Shown in pieces: positions 8,386 through 18,719 of a stretch of 32,144 nt of DNA (position 1 is the first letter of the stretch; every line of letters begins with the position of its first letter). Under the pieces are notes generated by a model. That model worked only from the letters and a program-made list of their open reading frames with translations. It searched no databases and was not told where the DNA came from. The stretch is from a virus. Taxonomy: Duplodnaviria > Caudoviricetes. The translations under genes and the position numbers were made by a program. The stretch is from positions 1 to 32,144 of the IMG/VR virus record IMGVR_UViG_3300044268_001983; one strand, given 5' to 3'.

Positions 8386-11300
8386 TACGTCTTCTCGTTG
8401 CTAAAGTTAATAGTTCATCTCTAGGGAACAGCGCTTGTGCTAAATCCGCTTGAGCCATTTGTGTGCCAGGAGTTGGTTGTCCTCCAGGTGCAGCAAGTTG
8501 AATGTCTTGGCTTACAGTTTGATCTGTAGGTGTTGTATCTTCTGCAATCTCATCTAATGTATTTACTTCTGATGTTTTAGCTGCTTCATAGAACTGGGCT
8601 CCTTGTGCAATTTCTTGCTCAGTTATAGTTTTAGGATCAACGTATTGATCTGGGAATGTTTCCTGTTTTAATTTTTCTGGAATCTTTTCTTGATATCCTT
8701 TTTCAGATGGAACTTCATATGGTTGATTATTTAAGTAATCTACTATCTCTTGTGGATCTACTTTAGATAGATCTAACTGAGGATTATCTTTTGTTTCAGG
8801 AATGACGTAGTTTAAGAATCTTGCTACTGCATCTCTGTTTTTTGCAAAACCTAATCTTGCAACTGATGCAACATCTTTACCTGGCACAATTCTTCTGTAG
8901 ATACCTGATTTAGCTGCACGTTTTTCACCTGCTACTGTTATTTTTCCGGTGGCCGCGATTGCTTCTCTTTCAGCCGGTGATAACGCATCGTTTAATAGTC
9001 TCAGCGCTACAGGATCAGCTAATACTTTTCCGAATTGTTTTGCTAAGGCAATAAATACAACTGGTGCGAATGGACTGATTGCCATTGAACCACCGCCAAT
9101 TAATAAACCACCAGCAACAGATCCTAACGATCCAAGTGTGAATCTTCTTTGTAGGAATGTCGCTGTATCTGCTAAAGGAATGTCTGAAATTGATTTCATA
9201 AAGTCAGTGAATCTAATAAACTGATCATAATGATCTTGTGATTTTAGCATTCTTCTTAATTTTAATCGTCCAAGATCTGCAGTTGCTTCACCAATATTTA
9301 GTTTGTTCATGAATTTATTAATATTAAATTGTGCAAAGTCATCAGGACTAAATCTTATTTGTGTTGTATCAATTTGACCGACACCTTTTCGTACTTCTGA
9401 GATTTCTAATCCAGGAAATTTGTTCTCTCTCGCTGCACTTGTAAGAACATCTTCTGCATATTTAGTACCTCCTCTTACAAATTTATCATCACCTATTTCA
9501 TTAAAAATACTTCTTGCCCCAGGAGTTACAGATGTATCAAAAGAATCAAAGAACGTGTTGAAGAAATATCTATTAAGAGCAATATCATAAGCTAACTTTC
9601 CATCTTCTGTTGCTTTCGATACGACTTGACCATTTATAACTAGATCATCTGCACCTACAAGTTCTCTAAATGTTTTAACTGATCCTGGGTCTCCATTTAA
9701 GAAAACAGTCTTTTCAATAGTTTCATAAAAAGCTTCTCTAGAAAAATCAGCTTTACCCGGTATTCCAAATAATGCTTTTTGAGTGAATAAGTTTCTATCT
9801 ACTCTTTTTAATTTATCTGCAAGACCGCCTTTAGTATACAACGACATGATTCTACTGAAAGTTTGATTTGCATTCATCAAAGCATCCGCTTGAGCATTAC
9901 CTGCATCCATCGCAGTTTTAATAAGTTGTTCTCCTGCAGCAGGATTTGCAACATTAACAATTTCACCTGCTTCGTTTCTTGTTACTCCTGCAGTCACATC
10001 GTAAGTTGCTCTGAATCCTGAGTCACTCAATAATGCGTTTTTATTTATATTCTGTGCCATACCTGCTAAATCATTTTCCATACCTTCTCTTAAACGGTAT
10101 AGAAGTTCTCTTCCTGATTTAAGTTGAGAGTTTTCCATGGCACGGTTTAACATTTCCATTGTGCCTTTATATTGTTTCATCGTAATATTATCAGTGCCTG
10201 TTGCATTTAAAAATTTAGAAAATGCAAATAAAGCATCATTAGTGTTTGTAAGTTTTTCGATAGCTTTGACATCACTGCCTTCTAATGTTCCTTTAATACC
10301 AGGATAATATTGATCAAGTTCATCAATAATTTCACGGGCTACTTTTCTAGAATTACTTAAACTTATGATAGCAGGATTACCTGCAATATCAGCAAGGTTA
10401 TCAAATCTTTTATATGCCGCAGTATACATTCCAACATTGTCGTTGAATGTTTTGTACATTTGATTTAATACGGATTCTCCTAAAGCGGAAGTCTTCACAA
10501 CTGGAGCAAAAGATAAGAAACTGTTCATGTATTCTCTTCCAGCAACTTGTTCTGCTTGTTCAAATGCTTTCCTTCCTGTACCTGATACAAATGGAAATAC
10601 ACCAACAGTTTTAAAATAGTTTTGACCCAAATCAGATAGTGGTCCATCTTTAAATGCTGCCATTAATGGAATAGGTAAACTTTTATCTCTTGCAAACTGA
10701 GCTAACTCTTTTGCTCTTGCTCCTTTAGCTCCAAATAATTTTGACATTAAACCACCAAGTGGTCCTGCTATAAATGGAGTAAGTAATGCTGCACCTGTAT
10801 TCCACATTGCTGCATTCTTCATTGCCTCCATTGCATTTAAAGTAATGTTTTGATCAATTTCTTTTTTTGGTATTTCACCTAAATCATCTGTCATCGCTGC
10901 AACTATTTCATCACCTACAGCTTCGTTAGTAACATCATAAGCAACAGAACCTAAACCTGCACCAACTGTACCACCCGCTATTGATGCTGCTTCTAATCCA
11001 ACGATTGGAGATTTAGCAAGTCTTTCAACTGTACCTCCAACTCTTGCAAGTCTTGTTGCAACGCCCTTAGTAAATTTCATTTTGTCTGGTAAGTTTGCTG
11101 CTAGTCTTTCCATGTTTGTGGTTTGTTTGTTGAGTAATTGTCCGCCTCTTGCAGCTTTTAAAATATTTTTTCTAAATAAAATTAAAGGTGTGATTGATCC
11201 AATAACATCTCCAATAAATTCTGCAGATGATCTATCAAAACCACTACCTTCAGCTACTCTTGCAGCTTTAATTGGATCTTCTTCTATTTGTCTTACTCTT

Positions 11301-11473
11301 GCAATTTTGACTGCAGCGTCATCTCTTTCAACTTGAATATCAGCTAATGGTTTTGATTTTAATTTACCTTCTTGAATAAGTTGTTCTACTGCATTGTATT
11401 GATCATTATTTAAAGCACCTGGATCTAATCTGTTCTCATCAATAGCTTTTTGTAATTCCTGTATCGTAGCCAT
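8378..11473 (-). CDS. Large internal virion (ejection) protein
   Basis: 1031 aa, Ala/Gly-rich and helical with hydrophobic Gly-rich segments. Last of a series of large genes following a GNAT gene, as in podovirus ejectosome loci. Confidence 0.65.
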   Translation of the reverse strand: MATIQELQKAIDENRLDPGALNNDQYNAVEQLIQEGKLKSKPLADIQVERDDAAVKIARVRQIEEDPIKAARVAEGSGFDRSSAEFIGDVIGSITPLILFRKNILKAARGGQLLNKQTTNMERLAANLPDKMKFTKGVATRLARVGGTVERLAKSPIVGLEAASIAGGTVGAGLGSVAYDVTNEAVGDEIVAAMTDDLGEIPKKEIDQNITLNAMEAMKNAAMWNTGAALLTPFIAGPLGGLMSKLFGAKGARAKELAQFARDKSLPIPLMAAFKDGPLSDLGQNYFKTVGVFPFVSGTGRKAFEQAEQVAGREYMNSFLSFAPVVKTSALGESVLNQMYKTFNDNVGMYTAAYKRFDNLADIAGNPAIISLSNSRKVAREIIDELDQYYPGIKGTLEGSDVKAIEKLTNTNDALFAFSKFLNATGTDNITMKQYKGTMEMLNRAMENSQLKSGRELLYRLREGMENDLAGMAQNINKNALLSDSGFRATYDVTAGVTRNEAGEIVNVANPAAGEQLIKTAMDAGNAQADALMNANQTFSRIMSLYTKGGLADKLKRVDRNLFTQKALFGIPGKADFSREAFYETIEKTVFLNGDPGSVKTFRELVGADDLVINGQVVSKATEDGKLAYDIALNRYFFNTFFDSFDTSVTPGARSIFNEIGDDKFVRGGTKYAEDVLTSAARENKFPGLEISEVRKGVGQIDTTQIRFSPDDFAQFNINKFMNKLNIGEATADLGRLKLRRMLKSQDHYDQFIRFTDFMKSISDIPLADTATFLQRRFTLGSLGSVAGGLLIGGGSMAISPFAPVVFIALAKQFGKVLADPVALRLLNDALSPAEREAIAATGKITVAGEKRAAKSGIYRRIVPGKDVASVARLGFAKNRDAVARFLNYVIPETKDNPQLDLSKVDPQEIVDYLNNQPYEVPSEKGYQEKIPEKLKQETFPDQYVDPKTITEQEIAQGAQFYEAAKTSEVNTLDEIAEDTTPTDQTVSQDIQLAAPGGQPTPGTQMAQADLAQALFPRDELLTLATRRRNA

Positions 11474-13746
11474 TATAATTTGATACCTCCAATAATCTCA
11501 TCTAAACCTTTTGGAGTAAATTTTTCAGCTGCTCTTTGAGTTGATTTTTCAAATGCAATTACATCATAGTCAGCTAATAATGCATCAATAGTTTGCTGAG
11601 TTACACCCTCTCTTTGTAACTCTTGAGCAAATCCTTTAATATCTCTTTCCAAGTTACTCTTAATCGCATTTAAAGAAGCTCTTACACTATCGCTACCTCT
11701 TGTCCATGAGAAAATATTTACAATTTCTTTCGCAGCTTGTACGTCTCTTGCTGTTAATCTGTCTTTATCCTTGAATGAGTTTGCTAATGCATAAGTTAAT
11801 GTAACTTCATTAACTGCTAATTGTTCTAATTCTTCTCTGTCTTTGTCTTTTAATGATTTAGCTCCTTTGTATCTTTGAATAACTTTATCTACGTTTTTAT
11901 TAGCACCTTTCCAAAGTTTTTCCATTTCTTTATATTCTTTTGGAGTAATCCTGCCGTCCTCTAATGCTTTATCAGCATCAGCTCTCATTTTTTCAGTTTG
12001 TATTTTTAACTTTGTTTTTGCACCATCAAGATTACTATTGTAACCACCTAATCCAATATCTTCTAATAATGATCCAACACGTGAAGTTAATAAATTAAAT
12101 GCACCAACACCACCTGCTTTGTCTGGATCAGCAGCTAAGATGTCTAGAGATTGTTTTGCGTAACCAGCTGATTTAATTCTAGATAATAAAGCACGTTTAG
12201 TTGTATCAACTGCTTCTTTGTTTGCCTTCATATCAATGTACTGTGAAACTTTGAAACCGTTTCCTAAATCAGCACCAATTGCTACATCTGTAAATGTTCC
12301 GTTTGGATTTTGTATTCTTAGTCCACCAGTCGGTGTTCTTAAACCTTGATAATTTACAATTTGTCCTTTTGGACCGATTGCTTGTATCGCACCAAATGAT
12401 TCTGCTTTACCTGATTTAGCTTGTGCTGCCGCAATTGCAGCATACGCTTTTAATTCAGCTGCGGATGCATCTAGTGCTTCACCCATAAGCTTGTTATTAA
12501 TTTCGTCTTCTTTCAATTTCATGATTGCATAATTAGAAGTAGCAGGGCCAAGTGCTGCGCCTAATACTTCAAGAGCTCCGCCAACACCTGATTTAGATGT
12601 TGTGCCTTTTAATAATCCAGAAGCAAGGTTTGCTAAGAAAACTAAATTAGCATTTGAAGATCTACCTTTTGCGAGTTCTGCATAAATTTCTCTAGCTCTA
12701 CCAATCAAACCACCACCTAATATAGATGTGCCTGCATCAACGTTAGCTGTGTTAGCAGGATTTTTATCAGTCTTAGCATCCCCAATTTTAGTTGGTTGAT
12801 CGACTTTTACTTTTAATTTTGGTTCTGGTTTTTTAGCTGCACCTTCAGATGCTTCAGCTTGTTCTTTACCTACAACATTTAATTTAGGATCATTGTATGT
12901 ATTTGATATTGTTTGTGCATATGCTGCATCATCAGCAACAGCTCTTGATGCTTCCGCTTGATTTACTTCATTAAAGAAAGCTGCTCTTACAATGTTAGCT
13001 GCTTTGGTTTCTGAAATACCCGCTTCCCTTGCAAGTCTCGTAGCGTTTTTTTTAATAATTTTATCTTGTTGTTCTTTAGACATATATGTGAAGTCTGGAG
13101 TATCAGACGCCATACCATATGAAAGACCTGAAGGATCTCCTGTGGTAGGAGGTACAAGTAAATTCGCTATGTTTCTTTTCTTACTTGCCTGAGTTCTTTT
13201 TTCTGCTTCAACTTTTTTTGCTTCTTGTAAGCCATAATAACTTTGTGGCATGAAGTTTGAGATATCACCAAATCTTGTGCTTAATACATTTGTTTTAGGA
13301 TCGAGTTGAGCACCTAAAGCATATTGTGCTCCTTTACCTAATGCAGTTAACATACCTGCACCTCTTGATATTGGGTTAAACATACCTGCCACACTTGCAA
13401 CACCACCACCTAATTCAGAGCCAGTGACTCCTTTTCCTAATTCGTATAAGCCGTATCCTGCGCCTAGATCTTTTATTCCTTGTGGTCTTAAAAAGAAACT
13501 TTTTGACATTGGATTCATTGTATAGTCACCAATAGCTTGTAATCCTCTTTGTATTGCTCCAATACCTTTTTGAAACATACCAGGAGTTCTATCAACTACA
13601 GGTCCAGCAGGAACGGGTAATTGACTATAAGGAGGCCCGACCATTACACCTGTTTGTGCTTTAATAGGCTTTAGATCACCTTTCTTTAAAGCCTGTTGTC
13701 TAAATAAAGGTCTGTTTAATACTTTGTTAAACTTGTCTGTTGCCAC
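11473..13746 (-). CDS. Internal virion (ejection) protein
   Basis: 757 aa, helical. N-terminal VLNRPLFR leader and Gly/Ala-rich hydrophobic stretches. Position supports the call. Confidence 0.65.
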   Translation of the reverse strand: MATDKFNKVLNRPLFRQQALKKGDLKPIKAQTGVMVGPPYSQLPVPAGPVVDRTPGMFQKGIGAIQRGLQAIGDYTMNPMSKSFFLRPQGIKDLGAGYGLYELGKGVTGSELGGGVASVAGMFNPISRGAGMLTALGKGAQYALGAQLDPKTNVLSTRFGDISNFMPQSYYGLQEAKKVEAEKRTQASKKRNIANLLVPPTTGDPSGLSYGMASDTPDFTYMSKEQQDKIIKKNATRLAREAGISETKAANIVRAAFFNEVNQAEASRAVADDAAYAQTISNTYNDPKLNVVGKEQAEASEGAAKKPEPKLKVKVDQPTKIGDAKTDKNPANTANVDAGTSILGGGLIGRAREIYAELAKGRSSNANLVFLANLASGLLKGTTSKSGVGGALEVLGAALGPATSNYAIMKLKEDEINNKLMGEALDASAAELKAYAAIAAAQAKSGKAESFGAIQAIGPKGQIVNYQGLRTPTGGLRIQNPNGTFTDVAIGADLGNGFKVSQYIDMKANKEAVDTTKRALLSRIKSAGYAKQSLDILAADPDKAGGVGAFNLLTSRVGSLLEDIGLGGYNSNLDGAKTKLKIQTEKMRADADKALEDGRITPKEYKEMEKLWKGANKNVDKVIQRYKGAKSLKDKDREELEQLAVNEVTLTYALANSFKDKDRLTARDVQAAKEIVNIFSWTRGSDSVRASLNAIKSNLERDIKGFAQELQREGVTQQTIDALLADYDVIAFEKSTQRAAEKFTPKGLDEIIGGIKL

Positions 13747-14767
13747 CTGTCACTCCTTGGTAAGCTGCAAATGCACCAATACCTGTTCCAACTGATTGCG
13801 CTAATGGAGAAGTGGTCGGTTGAGTTGCAGCGGTTATACCTGACTGTGACGTAGGTCCAGCCGCATAAATATTTTTTAAAAACTCTAATCTTTGATATGG
13901 CTCATATTGTTGTTGTAATTGAGATTGTCTTGACGCATCAATAGTTGCTTGAGCAAGTTGTCTTTGTAATCCACCAGCTGCCATTAATTGATTGATGTCT
14001 GTCATCGCTTGTTGTTGTTGAGTTACTCCTAATGTACCAAGTTGTTGTCCTGCACCAAGTTGTAACTGCTGTTGTCCTTGTGCTGCTTGAAGTGCTTGAC
14101 CGAAACCTTGTTGTTGAGCTCTTCCAACTGCTTCTAGTCTTCTTCTTTCCATTTCAGCTTGTTGTACGCCTTCTCTTCCCCCACCAAATGCCCCGGCTCT
14201 GACGGCCGCATCAGCAACTCGTTGCTGCCCCATTTGTGCTTGTCGATTTATTTCATCGATTACATAAGACTGATATGGATTATAAAACTGTGCAATGTTT
14301 GGTCCTTGTGCTGCTTGTAATACTTGACCAATACCTGCTGTAACTGTTGGTTGTCCAACACCTGTAACACCAGCTGCTTGTAAACCTTGTTGTTCTAATG
14401 CTCCCAAAGGGGCAACTTCCATTGCAGGTAATCTTTCAGGTCTTTGAGTTAGATCTCTTGCGAGATCCATTAATTCTAATTTTCTTTCTTCGATACCTGG
14501 TGCTTCTCTTACAAATTGAGTTTGAGTTGCAGGCGCAGATCCTCCTCCCGAACCACCACCAAAGTATTGTGGTAATCCTGTTCTTTCATTGATCGTACCT
14601 GATCCACCGTGTGCTTTTAATAAAGCAACTTCTTCTTTATTTACATGTGCTAATTCAGTATCACCTTTAATACCGTATCCAGATAATTCTTTGTATAATT
14701 CTTTGAAGAGTTCTACTTTATCTTTAATACTTAAATTTAGATTATCTAATAAATTCTGTGAGCTCAT
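13727..14767 (-). CDS. Internal virion/DNA-transfer protein (Gln/Ala-rich)
   Basis: FYNPYQSYVID, GAFGGGREG and a C-terminal Gly-rich hydrophobic helix. N-terminal GDTELAHVN...GGSGTIN..TGLPQYF module. Confidence 0.7.
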   Translation of the reverse strand: MSSQNLLDNLNLSIKDKVELFKELYKELSGYGIKGDTELAHVNKEEVALLKAHGGSGTINERTGLPQYFGGGSGGGSAPATQTQFVREAPGIEERKLELMDLARDLTQRPERLPAMEVAPLGALEQQGLQAAGVTGVGQPTVTAGIGQVLQAAQGPNIAQFYNPYQSYVIDEINRQAQMGQQRVADAAVRAGAFGGGREGVQQAEMERRRLEAVGRAQQQGFGQALQAAQGQQQLQLGAGQQLGTLGVTQQQQAMTDINQLMAAGGLQRQLAQATIDASRQSQLQQQYEPYQRLEFLKNIYAAGPTSQSGITAATQPTTSPLAQSVGTGIGAFAAYQGVTGGNRQV

Positions 14768-15183
14768 TTTACTTCCGCCTCATAAAAAATTCCTTTGCTT
14801 TGCAAAGTAGATTTAGTTTTGTCAGCTATTCTTTTCCAACCTTTGCGGCCAATAATTTCAATAGCTGAACAGTTTAATTTTCTTGCTTTCTCAATAAAAA
14901 ATTTTTCAAGCTTGTCGTAATGCTTTATATATGATTTACCACCCGCAAACAAAACACCTAAAACCTTTTTTGCAGGATACAAAACTTGCTGAATAACAAC
15001 AGCAGAAGTTATCTTACTTTTCTCTACTAATACATAAAGCTGCATAATCCCTTTTTTTAAAAGATCATAAGTAGATGTTAATGTATGTCTGCCATTAGAT
15101 AAATCAATTGGTTTTTTTAAAAGATTTTTTACACCTTTCCATACAATATCTAAATTTTCTGCATCAACTAAAATTAATTTCAT
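14764..15183 (-). CDS. GNAT-fold protein (positionally like P22 gp14 / T7 gp13)
   Basis: FAGG...A..LNC.AIEIIGRKGWKR motif. Located among the ejection-protein genes. Confidence 0.65.
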   Translation of the reverse strand: MKLILVDAENLDIVWKGVKNLLKKPIDLSNGRHTLTSTYDLLKKGIMQLYVLVEKSKITSAVVIQQVLYPAKKVLGVLFAGGKSYIKHYDKLEKFFIEKARKLNCSAIEIIGRKGWKRIADKTKSTLQSKGIFYEAEVK

Positions 15184-16271
15184 TAGTTTACTTTTCTATT
15201 TGAGTTTAATAAATCAAATATTCTTTTGAATCTTGCTTGTTGTTCATAAAAATATTTGGCTCCCTTTTCTCTCATATCTTTTTCACTTTTAGGATTTGCA
15301 CCCGCAAGAATACCGGCTCCTAACACACCGTCTGTTCTTGTAACAAATTCACCATCAGCTAATTGTGCTAACATTGTATCTTCATTCTTATCACCCATTC
15401 CAGCACCGTCTTCTATATAACCACCTGCTCTTTTGTAATTATTCGCATCAGACTCATCATGTGAAGCTTTTGAAGGTAAGTAATTAATACCGCCTTCATT
15501 AAACTGCGCTAAACCACCTGTTTGATATTTTTTTACATCAAAAGTTTTTTCTGTAAATTCATAAGGCATTTCGCTTGGATACAATTCTTCTGGAATATCT
15601 TGTCTTGCAACTTCAACTTCTTGTCCAGACACTGGGTCAATTCTTCTTAAACCACCTCTTGCTTCTCTAAGTTTTGGATAATTAATATTATATGATGGTG
15701 CATACATAGTAGTTGGTTGTTGTTTAAAAGCACCTGTTGCATATAATAATGCAGGCACTCCAAATAGAGTTGCGCCTTTTGCAATTTTGTTAATATCGTA
15801 TTGATCGTCTGTTTTAAAAATATCTCCGACTCTTCCTAATCGCTCACCTATTGTTGGTGAAGATTTTGTACCACCTAAAACATTTTTACCTGGATCAAGT
15901 GTTCCACCGCCTTTTAAAATTTCTTGCTCTGCATCCATGGTAAGTGGTTGTGTGCCGTCTGTAGGTAAACCTCTCATTATACCTTCACCAGGTAGAGAAA
16001 CTTGTGATCCAAGTAACATAGCAAGTCTAGGATCTACTCCCGCTTTTTGTCCAAGCTTTCCAAACAATGCTTGTTTACCACCACTAACAAGTAAACTTCT
16101 TAATCCTTGTTGTGTTGTCATATTCGCTATTGTTGATGCGGGTGTGAAAGCACCTGCTGTTACACCTGATAAAATACCTTGTTTAAGGGCATCTGATGTG
16201 CTCATTCCAGAGAGTTTTGATGCTCCGAAACCTGTTGCGCCTGCTAGCAATGCAAATGTAAATGGATCCAT
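15183..16271 (-). CDS. Internal virion protein with C-terminal AxGG...LADGEFV domain
   Basis: Hydrophobic N-terminus MDPFTFALLAGATG. C-terminal AGGYI.DG.G.G...DTMLAQLADGEFV resembles the GG...SD.IPA.LS.GEFV module of tape-measure proteins. Confidence 0.7.
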   Translation of the reverse strand: MDPFTFALLAGATGFGASKLSGMSTSDALKQGILSGVTAGAFTPASTIANMTTQQGLRSLLVSGGKQALFGKLGQKAGVDPRLAMLLGSQVSLPGEGIMRGLPTDGTQPLTMDAEQEILKGGGTLDPGKNVLGGTKSSPTIGERLGRVGDIFKTDDQYDINKIAKGATLFGVPALLYATGAFKQQPTTMYAPSYNINYPKLREARGGLRRIDPVSGQEVEVARQDIPEELYPSEMPYEFTEKTFDVKKYQTGGLAQFNEGGINYLPSKASHDESDANNYKRAGGYIEDGAGMGDKNEDTMLAQLADGEFVTRTDGVLGAGILAGANPKSEKDMREKGAKYFYEQQARFKRIFDLLNSNRKVN

Positions 16272-16295
16272 ATATTTTAGTTACCTATTTGATAG

Positions 16296-16324
16296 ATTTT
16301 ATCGTATTAATCGATCTTGATCAA
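16296..16324 (-). promoter_or_regulatory. Putative sigma70 promoter for the internal virion protein genes
   Basis: TTGATC-17 nt-TAAAAT on the - strand, 24 nt upstream of ATG 16271. Confidence 0.5.
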
Positions 16325-17134
16325 CTCATCACCAAATCGACCATGATACTGATGCTCTCCTATGTGAGTGATATAATCCATGATCCATGCATGGCATTTA
16401 CCACCAATGTCTTTCCATCTTTTACAGAACGCAAAATCTTCACCTAAATAATGACCCTTTTCAGGTATAAACATCGTGTCAAAAAAGTTGTACATATTCT
16501 TTAATCTTTCATTCTTACCATTAATTACCTGATCTTGATTAATAACTAAATCTGGATAAGCTTTGATCATTTTAGTAAACACTTCTCTTTTAATCATCAT
16601 AAATCCAGTAGGTGAGTGTGTAACTTCAATAACATTATCTTTTATTTTAATTGCATTGTTATCAGGCACTTTCATGGGATATCTGTAAAATGCTTTTCTT
16701 GCTAAATCTTTCGGAGATTTAATTTTACCTTCTTTTATAAGGTGATAGGCTTTATCCCAATTCATATCTTTTAATGGATATGGAACAGAAATAACATCTT
16801 TATCACAAGCAACTAATCGCATTGGAGATAATGGATCAAACGCAATATCTGAATCAATAAATAATAAATGTGTGTGATCAGAATTTAAAAAAGCCGAGAC
16901 GCACATATTACGTCCTTGTGTAATTAAAGATGATTTCATGATTTGAAAAGATACTCTTACCTTTTCTTTAATCGCCCATTTTTGAAAATCTAATAAAGCT
17001 TGAGTATAGTGAATAGAACACTCGCTGTGTACAGGTGTTGCAACAAATATTGAATAAGGTTTTAGATCAGTAGCGGGTTCCGTGAGCCGTTGTTCGTTGT
17101 CTTTGTTAAACCATATGGGTTCATGATTTTGCAT
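16307..17134 (-). CDS. GT-A fold glycosyltransferase (GT2-like)
   Basis: IFVATP, SLITQGRN, LLFIDSDI (DxD), TGFMMIKR, GEDFAFC, HIG. Confidence 0.85.
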   Translation of the reverse strand: MQNHEPIWFNKDNEQRLTEPATDLKPYSIFVATPVHSECSIHYTQALLDFQKWAIKEKVRVSFQIMKSSLITQGRNMCVSAFLNSDHTHLLFIDSDIAFDPLSPMRLVACDKDVISVPYPLKDMNWDKAYHLIKEGKIKSPKDLARKAFYRYPMKVPDNNAIKIKDNVIEVTHSPTGFMMIKREVFTKMIKAYPDLVINQDQVINGKNERLKNMYNFFDTMFIPEKGHYLGEDFAFCKRWKDIGGKCHAWIMDYITHIGEHQYHGRFGDELIKID

Positions 17135-18050
17135 TTAATACTCCTGTTAAAAAATTAGTCCATTCATGTTTTCTGTTATTCCAATTATAAAACTTTTCAT
17201 AAAACTCTTGTTGTTTGGTTAACATATCTTGCATACCTTTGGTATGTAATTGTTCAGCAATACCCTCTATTGCATAAGCAAACATAGCTGCAAGGTTTTT
17301 ATAATTACTGTCATATTGAACATACGTTGGCCATTCAGAACATGTCTCATACAATGCACCATAATTGGTTACAATACCATGAAGACCACAGGCTAACGCT
17401 TCAATTGCAGATAGACATGAAGTTTCTTCCCAAATGTTTGGATAGGCAAATATATGATAGTTATACATTTGCTTCATAAGATCTTTATTAGAAATATAAC
17501 CTTTGTAATTTACGTTTGGTAATTGCTTTGCCTGATCATATAAAGGTTTATAAATATCATCATTCTTTTCTTTGAATGCATCACCATAGATTTGAGTAGA
17601 TGAATATACATCGAGTTCTATTAAAGGATTTTTAATAAGTTGCATCGCCCCCAGTAATACACTCAATCCTCTCCAAGGCGTAGAGGTATAAAGTAATTTT
17701 AATTTTTGTCCTTGTTTGTAAACAGCATGTCCTGGAAATACATCAATAGCGTTTTTAATAACCGTGCATTTATGCGGCGGTAATTTAAATACCATTCTAT
17801 ATTTTTCTGCACACCAATGACTATTAAATACATACCAATCATATTTAGAATGATTAGATTTATCCTTCATCCATGGAACAATATTAGGTTGATCGTATGA
17901 GTTTTGTTCCCAAAGAATATTTATCTTATCTTTTGACAAAGGTTCTTTTTCAGGAACTGAAGTTGTAATCTGAAAGTTATCTAAAAGTTTGTTATCTACG
18001 TATTTATATAATAGATTGTACTGTAACTCCGTACCGCCAATTGGTTTCAT
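17121..18050 (-). CDS. GT-B fold glycosyltransferase (GT4-like)
   Basis: GGTE, FNSHW, YTSTPWRGL, and the E-x7-E-like EETSCLSAIEALACG, GALYE. Confidence 0.85.
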   Translation of the reverse strand: MKPIGGTELQYNLLYKYVDNKLLDNFQITTSVPEKEPLSKDKINILWEQNSYDQPNIVPWMKDKSNHSKYDWYVFNSHWCAEKYRMVFKLPPHKCTVIKNAIDVFPGHAVYKQGQKLKLLYTSTPWRGLSVLLGAMQLIKNPLIELDVYSSTQIYGDAFKEKNDDIYKPLYDQAKQLPNVNYKGYISNKDLMKQMYNYHIFAYPNIWEETSCLSAIEALACGLHGIVTNYGALYETCSEWPTYVQYDSNYKNLAAMFAYAIEGIAEQLHTKGMQDMLTKQQEFYEKFYNWNNRKHEWTNFLTGVLNAKS

Positions 18051-18056
18051 AAAAAA

Positions 18057-18251
18057 TTAATTAGCGTCACTCTTTGTTGTCATTGAAGCAACAGTAATTT
18101 CTAGATCTTGTCTGAAATCATCTGCAGTAGTATCTGTAGCTGTGTTTGCTACATCTGCATCAAACTCGGCTTTGTCTGTATAGACTTGCCCAGTTCTTTT
18201 ATTTTTTACAATTTCTTTAACCTGTGCTGGTATTCTTATTGGATCACTCAT
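18057..18251 (-). CDS. Small hypothetical protein
   Basis: ATGA-coupled to the upstream ORF. NKRTGQVY motif. Confidence 0.7.
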   Translation of the reverse strand: MSDPIRIPAQVKEIVKNKRTGQVYTDKAEFDADVANTATDTTADDFRQDLEITVASMTTKSDAN

Positions 18252-18385
18252 ATTGGTTTACCTTGTCCTATTGATTTCTTTTTTGTATAACTTTTATTAG
18301 GTGATTTTGCAACCCTGCCTTTACGTTTTTTTCTTTTACGCTTTATATAGTTATCGACTCCGAAACCTTTTGCTTTTTTAGCCAT
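18248..18385 (-). CDS. Small very basic protein (45 aa)
   Basis: Manual: MAKKAKGFGVDNYIKRKRKKRKGRVAKSPNKSYTKKKSIGQGKPI*. Exactly fills the gap between the flanking genes. Confidence 0.7.
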   Translation of the reverse strand: MAKKAKGFGVDNYIKRKRKKRKGRVAKSPNKSYTKKKSIGQGKPI

Positions 18386-18719
18386 TTTCGTTTGTCCTAC
18401 TGATTTCTAATATTGAACAGGTACCTTCAAATATATTAGCTGATGCTGCTTGTAACTGTAACTTATCGTTTTCTTCTAATATAACGGTGCCATCTGATAC
18501 AGATTTAGAGTCACCTGCATTAACCGTATGTTCTGCAAACTGAAAAGCTCTTGATGCAGAGTTATCATTTAAAAAAGCTTTTATTTCTGTGTTTCCAGCT
18601 CCAACATTTGCAACATGTATATTTTGTATAATTGCTCTTGAGTTAGACGGACAAGTATAAACATCCGTGACATCTGTCGTAGTTAAATCAAAATTTGCGT
18701 TTTTATAAATGTTAGTCAT
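18378..18719 (-). CDS. Small beta-rich tail-associated protein
   Basis: TTTDVTDVYTCP...IHVANV...LEENDKL...SILEI pattern, downstream of the nozzle gene. Confidence 0.7.
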   Translation of the reverse strand: MTNIYKNANFDLTTTDVTDVYTCPSNSRAIIQNIHVANVGAGNTEIKAFLNDNSASRAFQFAEHTVNAGDSKSVSDGTVILEENDKLQLQAASANIFEGTCSILEISRTNENG

